A stretch of 64,000 nucleotides of DNA from contig QQUA01000002.1 in assembly GCA_008501825.1 (NCBI GenBank), forward strand, positions 232,695 to 296,694, given 5' to 3'. The notes under the pieces were generated by a model. It did no database searches and was not told where the DNA came from. It saw nothing but the letters and a program-made list of their open reading frames with translations. Made by a program: the position numbers and the translations under genes. Numbering within the stretch: the first letter of the stretch is position 1; each line of letters starts with the position of its first letter. This document shows, piece after piece, positions 18,250-26,743 of this stretch. Source of the stretch: Planctomycetota bacterium. Its GTDB lineage: Bacteria > Planctomycetota > UBA1135.

Positions 18250-19530
18250 CTATTGGTTTTCTGGATTCGATGCAGGCTGGCTGCGCCATAGAAAAACGCC
18301 GCGTTTGTTGGCGACGGCGATTTCCACCCGGCCGTCGCGATCGAAATCTCCGGCTTGCACCTGGGTTCCCACGCCGGAATCCCGGTGCAGGGTCTTGATC
18401 TCAAAGGCCGCCGGCTTTCCCGGCCGCAAACAAAGCGCCAAGAGCAAAGGAGTGCCGCCAGGGTCCACGTCGCCTTTCGGCCCGTGGGCCCACCAGCGCT
18501 TTCCGGTAATCAAATCGGGCCGCCGGTCGCCATCGACGTCGGCCACCGCCATGGCGTGAAGTTGGGAAATCTTCAAACCGTCCCCGGCTTCGGGTGCAGT
18601 CAAGATCTTTCGTTCTTCGAAACGGATGCGATCTTGGTCCCGCACTTGTCGCCACCAGCTCAAGCCATAGCCATGGGCGTCGTGTCCGGAAAGCACGTCG
18701 GCCAAGCCATCGCCGTCGACGTCGAAGACGAACATCTGGGCTCCGCCGCGGCCCGGGGCAAAAGGAAAGGCATGCCGCTTCCATGGCGGGTCGCCGGCCA
18801 AGGACGCGGGTTGTTGCCACCAAGCGCCTTTCTCCAGGAGATCGGGGCGGCCGTCACCGTCGACGTCGCCGAGACCCAATCCGTGAGTAAAGCGGTGCAA
18901 TCCCAGATCCGGAGAGATCGGATGGAAGACCCATGGCTTTTGGGGTTGCTCCGGATCGAAGGCGGCCCAACCGAAACGCCCGCGGTTTTGGCACAGCAGG
19001 TCTTTTCGACCGTCACCGTTGACGTCGGCAAAGGCGGGAGACTCGTTGTCTACCGAATCCAACGCCTGAAAACGGGACCAGGAGCTTTTCAGCTTCTTTG
19101 GACCCGGATTTCGATACCAATAAGCGGGTTGTCCAGGCACTCCGACTTGCAGCACGTCGGTATGGCCGTCCCCATCGAAATCGTGGAGCCAGCAAAAAAA
19201 AGTATCCGAATAGGCATGGGGGTCAAAAACTTTGCCTGGGCGGAATTCCTGCTTGCGGCCGTCGGGTCCCAGGAACAAAACGTGGCCGGCGACCACGTCC
19301 AAATGCCCGTCCTGATTCAAATCGCCGCAGGCGGCGCCTTCGGCGTAGAACTCCCGGCTTAGGACCTGCATTCCGATCGGCGCCTCACGATCCGATGGAT
19401 CTCGGTGATCCCCTTGATCCCGCGAGTCCAGTTGGGGAACGAAGAGGTGGGCGGCGGCGAGGAAACAAATGGCGACCGGCAAAGCTCGGGAATTATAAGC
19501 CGCGTTCGGACTTGACCATGGATCTACCAT
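18250..19530 (-). CDS. FG-GAP/VCBS repeat (beta-propeller) protein
   Basis: Seven Ca-binding-type repeats: DLNQDGHLDVV, DFDGDGHTDVL, DVNGDGRKDLL, DVDGDGRPDLL, DVDGDGLADVL, DVDGDRRPDLI and DFDRDGRVEIAV. The start is set at ATG 19530 (MVDPW...), just before a hydrophobic signal segment. It lies 15 nt upstream of the thioesterase gene. Confidence 0.8.
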   Translation of the reverse strand: MVDPWSSPNAAYNSRALPVAICFLAAAHLFVPQLDSRDQGDHRDPSDREAPIGMQVLSREFYAEGAACGDLNQDGHLDVVAGHVLFLGPDGRKQEFRPGKVFDPHAYSDTFFCWLHDFDGDGHTDVLQVGVPGQPAYWYRNPGPKKLKSSWSRFQALDSVDNESPAFADVNGDGRKDLLCQNRGRFGWAAFDPEQPQKPWVFHPISPDLGLHRFTHGLGLGDVDGDGRPDLLEKGAWWQQPASLAGDPPWKRHAFPFAPGRGGAQMFVFDVDGDGLADVLSGHDAHGYGLSWWRQVRDQDRIRFEERKILTAPEAGDGLKISQLHAMAVADVDGDRRPDLITGKRWWAHGPKGDVDPGGTPLLLALCLRPGKPAAFEIKTLHRDSGVGTQVQAGDFDRDGRVEIAVANKRGVFLWRSQPASNPENQ

Positions 19531-19564
19531 GAGTCCCGACTTCCCCTCCCGCCGCCCTCCTGTC

Positions 19565-20416
19565 ATGAAGCTCATTCGTTTCGGCCCCCCGACCGCGGAA
19601 AAGCCGGGTTTCATCGATCCCCAAGGCCAACGTAGAGATTGCTCCACTTTGGTATCCGACTGGGATCGGACCTACTTTCAAACCCATGGCCGCGACGCCA
19701 TGCAAGCAATGCAAGCCCAATGGCAGGACCTTCCCGTGGTGGAAGACTCCGAGCGCTGGGCGTCGCCGATTGCGCGGCCGGGAAAAGTGCTTTGCATCGG
19801 CTTGAATTACCGCGAACACGCCGCTGAATCCGGCTTGGAAATTCCCCCGGAGCCGGTGATCTTCATGAAAGCGGCGAACACCGTCATCGGTCCCTACGAT
19901 CCGGTCTGGATTCCCCGCGGCAGTCAGAAGACCGATTGGGAAGTCGAGTTGGCGGTGGTCCTTGGGAAGGACGCCCGTTATTTGAAGGACGAAGCGGAAG
20001 CCATGGCCCACGTCGCCGGATATTGCATATCCAACGACGTTTCCGAGCGGGAATTCCAATTAGAGCGACAAGGCCAGTGGACCAAAGGCAAGAGCTGCGA
20101 CCATTTCAACCCTCTCGGTCCTTGGTTGGCCACCGCCGATGAGATTCCCGATCCACAGGATCTGCATTTGGAATGTCGGGTAAACCAACGAATCATGCAA
20201 AAGGCCCACACCGGGGACATGGCCTTTTCGGTGGCCGCGATCGTGTTGTATCTGTCCCAGTTCATGACCTTGGAAGCCGGAGATTTAATCAATACGGGAA
20301 CCCCTTCCGGAGTTGGGCTGGGGCAAGATCCGCCTTTGTATTTGAAAGCAGGAGATCAAATGGAATTGAGCATCGATCACCTGGGTTGCCAGCAGCAAAG
20401 CTGCGAGGAGGCTTGA
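19565..20416 (+). CDS. Fumarylacetoacetate hydrolase (FAH) family protein
   Basis: MKLIRFG start. KVLCIGLNYREHA, DWEVELAVVLGK, GYCISNDVSERE and DLINTGTPSGVG are typical of FAH-family hydrolases/decarboxylases. Confidence 0.85.
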   Translation: MKLIRFGPPTAEKPGFIDPQGQRRDCSTLVSDWDRTYFQTHGRDAMQAMQAQWQDLPVVEDSERWASPIARPGKVLCIGLNYREHAAESGLEIPPEPVIFMKAANTVIGPYDPVWIPRGSQKTDWEVELAVVLGKDARYLKDEAEAMAHVAGYCISNDVSEREFQLERQGQWTKGKSCDHFNPLGPWLATADEIPDPQDLHLECRVNQRIMQKAHTGDMAFSVAAIVLYLSQFMTLEAGDLINTGTPSGVGLGQDPPLYLKAGDQMELSIDHLGCQQQSCEEA

Positions 20417-20417
20417 A

Positions 20418-21269
20418 TTGAGCCTTCCCGCTCTGGTCGACGCCCACCTTCATCTTTGGGACCCGGAAGTTCTGCACTATTCCTGGTTGGAAAAGTTGCC
20501 GGAACTGAATCGGGCCTTTTCCATGGCCGATCTCGACCGGGAATTGCAAGGCATCGAAGTGGAAGCGGCGGTATTCGTGCAATGCGATTGTTCCGCCGAA
20601 CAAGGTGAAGCCGAAGTCGATTGGGTCACGACATTGGCCGGCGAGGATGCCCGAATTCAAGGCATCGTCGCCTTTGCTCCTTTGGAATCAGATTGCATCG
20701 AGCAACTGCGCCGCTATTGCGATCATTCCTTGGTCAAGGGCGTGCGCCGGCTTCTGCAGGACGAAGACGATCTCGATTTCATTCTCCAACCGCCCTTTCT
20801 GCCATCGCTTCGGGCTTTGGCCGATCTGGACCTCAGCTTCGATCTGTGTATCCGCCACCCGCAAATGCCGGCGGCAACGGAATTGATCCGGCAGTGCCCG
20901 GAAGTTTCCTTCGTGCTCGATCACGCCGGAAAGCCGGGGATTCGCGATCAGCTTTTGCAGCCCTGGACCGAACACTTGCGGGCCATGGCGGAACTACCGA
21001 ACGTGGTGTGCAAACTCTCCGGTTTGTTAACCGAAGCCGACCCGAATCGCTGGCGTCCGGCCGATCTTCGGCCCTATGTTCAAACGATCCTGGACAGCTT
21101 CGGCGAGAATCGGGTGCTTTACGGCGGCGACTGGCCGGTCATGCGCTTGGCCGGACGCTATCCGAATTGGCCCGCCACTTTGGATCGCCTCCTCGGCGAC
21201 CTGCCGGAGCCGGCTCGCCAGGCGATTTTTTCTGAAAACGCCCGGCGGGTTTATCGCTTGACTCCTTAA
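20418..21269 (+). CDS. Amidohydrolase-2 family protein (lactonase/decarboxylase-type metal hydrolase)
   Basis: LVDAHLHLWDP N-terminal metal motif, FVLDHAGKP and VLYGGDWPV. The TTG start lies 1 nt after the FAH stop. Confidence 0.75.
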   Translation: MSLPALVDAHLHLWDPEVLHYSWLEKLPELNRAFSMADLDRELQGIEVEAAVFVQCDCSAEQGEAEVDWVTTLAGEDARIQGIVAFAPLESDCIEQLRRYCDHSLVKGVRRLLQDEDDLDFILQPPFLPSLRALADLDLSFDLCIRHPQMPAATELIRQCPEVSFVLDHAGKPGIRDQLLQPWTEHLRAMAELPNVVCKLSGLLTEADPNRWRPADLRPYVQTILDSFGENRVLYGGDWPVMRLAGRYPNWPATLDRLLGDLPEPARQAIFSENARRVYRLTP

Positions 21270-24200
21270 GTGGACGGCTTGATCCGACGACTCGCGGCTT
21301 TCTTTGCCCGGCCGGCGGCTTCCGGAACCTCGGCCGGTTTCCCGGCGACGAAAAACGGTCGCCGCATGATGTGTTGCTGGTGGTACGGGAACATGGCGGA
21401 AAAGAATTCGCTCCACCCGCCCATTCGCACTCGAACCAAATCGTATTTTTCCGGGAAGCGGGCCGCCCCCTGAAAGGTCTCGGTATTGCCGCAGGTCACG
21501 GTCATCAAGTTGGACCCCAGGCGACCTTGGGCGAAGCGGCGCAACACTTCCACCAACTCGGATTGAGGAAACTCTTCGTGGATGTTCAGGTCTACCGGAG
21601 CTGCGTTGGACAAGCCGAAATTGATGGCCGGCAGGTTCCAATCTTGCAAAGCTTCGAAGATGTTCCGGGGATCTTGCTGGATCGGCAAATCCTGGGGCGA
21701 AGGAGCCGGGCTGAAATCATCGGCGATCGGCTCTCCCATCAGGCGACCGTCGGCGGAGGCTCCCATGCCGACCCCGAGACCGACGTTGTCTTCGAAGGTG
21801 CCGACTCCCGGAGTGACGGTAAAAGCGAACGGACGTTCCTTGCTCCCGTATTTCTCCTTCAGCTTGCCATAGGCTTCCTCAATGGCGGGAATCGGATCTT
21901 GCAGGGCTCGATGGACTTCGGCTACGCAACGCTCCACCACCTGAGACGCCAATTCCACCAGCTTCGGTTCTTGCCCTTGCCCGAACTTGGGTAACTGCAA
22001 GGCGGTTTTTCGAAGGGCCTTGAAGCGTTGAGCTCTTTCCGCCGCCCGCTCCGGGCCGGCCAATCGATTGAAAAAGGGCTCGATCATGTTCTCGCCCCAA
22101 TTGCACTGCAGGCACAACAAGAATTCCGGCAGAGTGGTTACGGCGGTATTGCGGTCGTACACCATCTTCTTCACCGCATACAAGGCATCGATGGTGTTGG
22201 TAATGCCGCACAGCATCGGTGCCACGATGTGATAGCGAGCTCCGCCATCGGTCATGTCGCGACCGGTGTCCAGACAATCATGCACCATGGAAGAAAATAG
22301 CGGGCTGGGACAAACCGGTGCCAGGTCTCCGTATCCGTTCATCAAGGTGTTAAAGAATTGATTGATGGTCCAGCGCCAGTGGGTAAAGAAGATCTCCAAG
22401 AACTCTTCAAAGGAGTCGATTTCCTCGGCCGGTGGCGAGTTCCAGGATTGCTTCAAACCGCGCAGGTGCAGAGGACCCGCTCCTTCAATGGTGGCTCCCT
22501 GGTTCATGGCCATGCCCACCAGAGGAAGAATCGGGGTATAGCTGAACGCCCATTCCGTTTTGCCGGGAATGATCGGCTCGTAGCAACCGTCGCTGGCGTA
22601 GTCGCGAGCATCGGCCAATTGCAGCGGCCCGCTTTCCATCAGAGCCGGAATCAACTTATCGTCCTGCAACAAAACCGGATGAGCCCCGCCGCTTAACAAC
22701 GCTTTGGCTGCTTCCTGGAGATATTCCTCCCCGATCTGGCCATGGACTCGGAGAGATAGGCAAGGTGCGTTCATCGGCAACCTTCTTGCCGCCCGCAAGC
22801 ACATCATGGTCACTTCATTGCAAGCGTCCTGTGGCTGATCGGAATTGTCCGCCACGGTTCCTCCGACCGTAAGTTGCTGCACCCATTGATTGATGGCGGC
22901 CCCTTGAGGGAAATTTCCGGCTGAATAAAACACCGCACCGGTGCCATAGTTCAGATAGTCGTTAAGGTGCTTGCGGTCGAACAGGACGGTCTCGTCCATT
23001 TTCAACCAAAACGCATCGATGATTTCTTGAGCGGAGGCGGGATCCAAAATGCCGGCCGCCACATCTTCGCGGTAGCTGTCAATCAAGAGTTGATCCAATC
23101 GCCCGATGGACATCGGTTCACCGGTCTGATGCAAGGCGCAATTGATCAAGAAAATCAGTTGCAAGGAATCGAGGAAGCCTTCCGGCTTCTGCCAGCAAAT
23201 TCTCTTCAATCGATGGTGAATTTGAATCAGGTTTTCTCGAGCTTTCACTTCGCTCTTGGGAAGTTCCTCGGCACGCCGTTTGGCTTGATCGGCATAGGCG
23301 TTGATGAAGGAAGCCAGGCCTTCCAGAGCCCAAAGCACGGCTTGGTAGAATTCTCGTTGCTGATCTTGAGCATTTTCCATCTTTTTGCCATAAGCGGCAT
23401 GCAAACCTCCAATGCCTTCGGCCAGCACCCAAGCGTAATCCGGGACGTTGTGGCCGGTGGCGGAATACTCGTTGAGGTTGCCGAAGAAAGCGGTCAAGCG
23501 CTCATCCTCGTGCAGATATTCCATGACTTGAGTTCCAATGCCCAAGGAAAGCTGGGGCATATTCCCGACGATGATTTCCTGAGGGGTGATCAAAAACAAG
23601 TTCGCCTTGATCGAATAGGATTTGCTGACCAGGACCTTGGACAAGGATAATTGCACCGATTTCGCCTTTCGCAGCATGACGGGAGCTTCCAAAATCCAGG
23701 CTTCATCCGGATCCAAATGATCTCGCAAATGGCCGAGCGGCGGGGTTTGCCGCTTCCGGTACCACCCGTCGTGCCAGCGTGAAAACTGATCGCCCAATAA
23801 GTGTAGGATGCGATCGCTGAGCGGGAAATCATCCGCATCTTGCTGCTTCCCCCTGGCGTAGAGGAAGTCTTTGGCGTTATAGAACATCAAGCCGTTCCGG
23901 CTGCGGACTTGGAAATATTCCGGCAACGGAATTCGGAAGTCTCCTTCGGCGGTCGGAAGTTGCAATTCCTTAGCCGAGGGGACGTACCAAAAATTGCCGG
24001 CTTGAGAATGACTGACGTTCATCAATTTGTCTTTGATGAAGCCCTGCTCCGGCCCGACCATGCCTTGGATCAGGTCATCGAATACGGCGCTGGATTTGGC
24101 ATAGGCGGCGAAATAGACTCCCTGCTCCTCTCCCGGATTGGAAGCTTCCGCTCCGAAGGGGAGAGCTTGCCGCATCAAACGATCGTTTATCCTCTCCTCG

Positions 24201-24898
24201 TTCAGTTGGCGCACGCATTTGATGTGGCTGCGGTCGTCCTCGATCGCCAGCAACATGTCGTCTTCATCCCGGCCGATCATGTCCTCTTTGTCCAGCTCGC
24301 TCATGTCCCGCAGCCGCCTCCAATTGTGGACGAATTTCTGCGAGATGGCGAAACAAGAGCCACGGTGATTTGGATCTTCTTCCCCAACCATGACTCGTGC
24401 GGATAAGTTCACCGGATCGACCGGATTGATCAAAGCATCGGTAAAACGGCCGCCCAACACCCGGCCTCCCGGGCGCTTGGCCGCCAAGGTGAATTGTTTT
24501 TCATCTACCAGCTCACCGAGCTCTTGTTGGATCACTTCGAAAAGCCCTTTGCATTCGCTCGGTTCATTGGACTTGACGTGAAACCAAAGATCGCCGCCGC
24601 TTTCTTGAAAGGGCGGATGATATTCGGCCAACAGCCGAGTGGTGCCCATTCCCGCCGGGCGTTCCCATCCCAGCTCATGCCCCCACGCTTGCCACAACGG
24701 AAAGGCGACCCCGCGGATTACGACCGTTTGATAGTCCGTGGAAGCACAATAGCGATCGGTGACCTGAGCCAAGTTCAAAAACGCCTCATAGCTCTTTTTT
24801 GGCGGCGTCTTTTTCAAACTAAAGGTCCCGAAGAGACCGTATTCGGGAAAATAAGGGAGGCCGATTTGACCCAAACGAAGGCTCAGTTCTTGGCTCAT
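21266..24898 (-). CDS. Fusion protein: N-terminal DyP-type peroxidase domain plus C-terminal glycyl-radical enzyme (PFL-like)
   Basis: DyP-like landmarks in aa ~1-345: GGDLWFHVKSN, RFTDALINPVDP (GxxDG-region Asp, D154), MIGRDEDD, SHIKCVR (candidate proximal His225), RLMRQALPFG (Arg243) and GVYFAAYAKS. GRE landmarks in aa ~440-1180: Cys loop SDGCYEPIIPGK (C772, nt 22583-22585), ASADGRLMGEPIADDFSP, and the Gly-radical fingerprint LVRVRMGGWSEFFSAMFPYHQQHIMRR (G1161, nt 21416-21418). Confidence 0.85.
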   Translation of the reverse strand: MSQELSLRLGQIGLPYFPEYGLFGTFSLKKTPPKKSYEAFLNLAQVTDRYCASTDYQTVVIRGVAFPLWQAWGHELGWERPAGMGTTRLLAEYHPPFQESGGDLWFHVKSNEPSECKGLFEVIQQELGELVDEKQFTLAAKRPGGRVLGGRFTDALINPVDPVNLSARVMVGEEDPNHRGSCFAISQKFVHNWRRLRDMSELDKEDMIGRDEDDMLLAIEDDRSHIKCVRQLNEERINDRLMRQALPFGAEASNPGEEQGVYFAAYAKSSAVFDDLIQGMVGPEQGFIKDKLMNVSHSQAGNFWYVPSAKELQLPTAEGDFRIPLPEYFQVRSRNGLMFYNAKDFLYARGKQQDADDFPLSDRILHLLGDQFSRWHDGWYRKRQTPPLGHLRDHLDPDEAWILEAPVMLRKAKSVQLSLSKVLVSKSYSIKANLFLITPQEIIVGNMPQLSLGIGTQVMEYLHEDERLTAFFGNLNEYSATGHNVPDYAWVLAEGIGGLHAAYGKKMENAQDQQREFYQAVLWALEGLASFINAYADQAKRRAEELPKSEVKARENLIQIHHRLKRICWQKPEGFLDSLQLIFLINCALHQTGEPMSIGRLDQLLIDSYREDVAAGILDPASAQEIIDAFWLKMDETVLFDRKHLNDYLNYGTGAVFYSAGNFPQGAAINQWVQQLTVGGTVADNSDQPQDACNEVTMMCLRAARRLPMNAPCLSLRVHGQIGEEYLQEAAKALLSGGAHPVLLQDDKLIPALMESGPLQLADARDYASDGCYEPIIPGKTEWAFSYTPILPLVGMAMNQGATIEGAGPLHLRGLKQSWNSPPAEEIDSFEEFLEIFFTHWRWTINQFFNTLMNGYGDLAPVCPSPLFSSMVHDCLDTGRDMTDGGARYHIVAPMLCGITNTIDALYAVKKMVYDRNTAVTTLPEFLLCLQCNWGENMIEPFFNRLAGPERAAERAQRFKALRKTALQLPKFGQGQEPKLVELASQVVERCVAEVHRALQDPIPAIEEAYGKLKEKYGSKERPFAFTVTPGVGTFEDNVGLGVGMGASADGRLMGEPIADDFSPAPSPQDLPIQQDPRNIFEALQDWNLPAINFGLSNAAPVDLNIHEEFPQSELVEVLRRFAQGRLGSNLMTVTCGNTETFQGAARFPEKYDLVRVRMGGWSEFFSAMFPYHQQHIMRRPFFVAGKPAEVPEAAGRAKKAASRRIKPST

Positions 24899-25147
24899 GC
24901 CAGGTCCTAGTTTCGAGGGGTACGAGCCTAAAGCAGCACGGAAATTGAATAGGATCCGAGCGGCCCAGGCAAGCTGGGAAAGGAGGAGACGCCAGTCCGG
25001 TTTAAATCAAGGGTGGCTACTTCTATCTTTCGGCTGGAGCGGGTGATCCTGCCGGAAAAAATTCAACTTCCTGAATTCCTTAAAAAAAGATTAAGGCTTC
25101 CAAACCTGTTTCCAAGGAGATCTCCCCGAAACAGGAACGAATTACAT

Positions 25148-25189
25148 GAAAAAAACTTGTAGGCCGAGTTTTTACAAAAAACCCGGCCC
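25148..25189 (-). terminator. Hairpin terminator after the oxidoreductase gene
   Basis: On the minus strand: GGCCGGGTTTTT-TGT-AAAAACTCGGCC (one G-U), then TACAAG and a run of 7 T. Confidence 0.45.
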
Positions 25190-25220
25190 ACGATGTTCTT
25201 GGTTGGAAGCGAAGCGAGGT

Positions 25221-26657
25221 CTAACCGAGGCGGCTAGGAACCACGTAGGGCTCCCGATAAGCTCGGGTCAGCAAGGCGTTTGCTTGATCGGCCATAGCCC
25301 CGTGGAAAGCCTCCTTTTCCGAGTGGAAAGCCAAAAGAGGCCCGTACTGCACCTTCCATTGATCGGCGTTCAAACCGTTCGCCAACAAGTGTTCGCGAGT
25401 TCGGGCCACCGAATCGTTGGCTTCCTGATGACCGGCGAAAGGTTCCAAGGTGTCAGACAGACTGCGAGCTTGACCCAAGCGGTAGGAAATATTTCCCAAA
25501 TGGCATAGAGCGCTGGACCAATGACCTTCCAAGATCGGCGCCGTCAAGCGATTGGAATCTTCGGCCTTGATCGCGTCCAGGAAGTTTTGGAAATGATTGG
25601 CGTCGCCGGTGAAAGTTTTGATCACCTTGCCGTCGTGATCGAAAGCCTGCAGCTTGCCGTAACTGGCGCTGACCAAATAACCGTGTTCGCCGTAGAAAAT
25701 CACGCCGATGTGAGCTCCGCGATAAGCGTCGGTTTTCAAGCCGCGGACTTCGAAGATGATTTGCTTTTCGCCGTAATCATAAAGAGCGATTTGGGTGTTG
25801 GGAGTATTGCCGTCGTCGACGTAGCCGACGCGGCCGCCCCAACTTTGTACCCGTTTCGGCAGGCCCTTCAGGTCCAAACCCCAACGGGCGATGTCCATTT
25901 GGTGCACGCCCTGGTTGCCGAGGTCGCCGTTTCCGGTTTCAAAGACCCAATGCCAGTCGTAATGGAGATTCTTGCGCATCAGCGGCTGCATCGCCGCCGG
26001 GCCGGTCCACAAATCGTAGTCCAGACTTTCCGGCACTTGCTGCGGGCCGGCCACCTTGCCGATCGAATTGCGCCGCTTGTAGCACAGAGCCCGAGCCAAG
26101 CGGACTTCCCCGAGACCACCACTCTGGAGCCAGGCAATGGCTTCGCGGGTGGCGGTGGCGGACCGGGATTGGGTGCCATGCTGGACGATGCGGCCGTACC
26201 GCTTGGCGGCTTCCACCACCTGCCGGCCTTCGAAGACGTTGTGGCTGACCGGTTTCTCGACGTAAACGTGCTTGCCGGCTTGCAGCGCCCAAATCGCCGC
26301 CAGGGAATGCCAATGATTCGGCGTCGCAATCGACACCGCGTCAATGTCGGGAGCCTCGAGCAGCTTCCGTAAATCTTTGTAATACCTGGCCTTGGGCACC
26401 GACTTCATGGCCGGTCCGATGACTCCCTGATCGGCATCGCAGATCGCCACGACGTCGGCATCGGGAGACTGCTTCCAGGCGCCAATGTGGCCGCGCCCAC
26501 GTCCACGCACGCCGATAACCGCTAACCCCAGGCGGTCGTTCGGCCGCCGCTTCCGGCGTTTTTCGGCGGCGCCGAGAGCCGGGGTCCAGGGAGTGGCCGC
26601 CGCAGCGGCCGCGAGCAAACTTTGCTCAAGGAAAGTCCGTCGGGAGGGGCGTGCCAT
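25221..26657 (-). CDS. Gfo/Idh/MocA-family oxidoreductase with a twin-arginine signal
   Basis: TAT-like N terminus MARPSRRTFLEQSLLAAAAAA. Rossmann segment LGLAVIGVRGRGRGH. VSIATPNHWH and VYVEKPVSHN are typical of the family. Confidence 0.9.
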   Translation of the reverse strand: MARPSRRTFLEQSLLAAAAAATPWTPALGAAEKRRKRRPNDRLGLAVIGVRGRGRGHIGAWKQSPDADVVAICDADQGVIGPAMKSVPKARYYKDLRKLLEAPDIDAVSIATPNHWHSLAAIWALQAGKHVYVEKPVSHNVFEGRQVVEAAKRYGRIVQHGTQSRSATATREAIAWLQSGGLGEVRLARALCYKRRNSIGKVAGPQQVPESLDYDLWTGPAAMQPLMRKNLHYDWHWVFETGNGDLGNQGVHQMDIARWGLDLKGLPKRVQSWGGRVGYVDDGNTPNTQIALYDYGEKQIIFEVRGLKTDAYRGAHIGVIFYGEHGYLVSASYGKLQAFDHDGKVIKTFTGDANHFQNFLDAIKAEDSNRLTAPILEGHWSSALCHLGNISYRLGQARSLSDTLEPFAGHQEANDSVARTREHLLANGLNADQWKVQYGPLLAFHSEKEAFHGAMADQANALLTRAYREPYVVPSRLG

Positions 26658-26743
26658 GACAAGGAACGGTTTCAGGGTAAGCTTGGAACCAAAACCAGCT
26701 TAACTTGGAAATCCAGAATTGGGTCCTTGTTGAAATTGGGTCC

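Noticed and set aside
21266-24898. A radical-SAM GRE-activating enzyme, microcompartment shell genes or an encapsulin shell associated with the DyP-GRE gene
   Set aside because: No credible ORF in the window has a CxxxCxxC cluster of radical-SAM type. No BMC-H/BMC-P-like small shell proteins or encapsulin-like gene is present. The flanking genes are a convergent amidohydrolase and an unrelated oxidoreductase with its own terminator.
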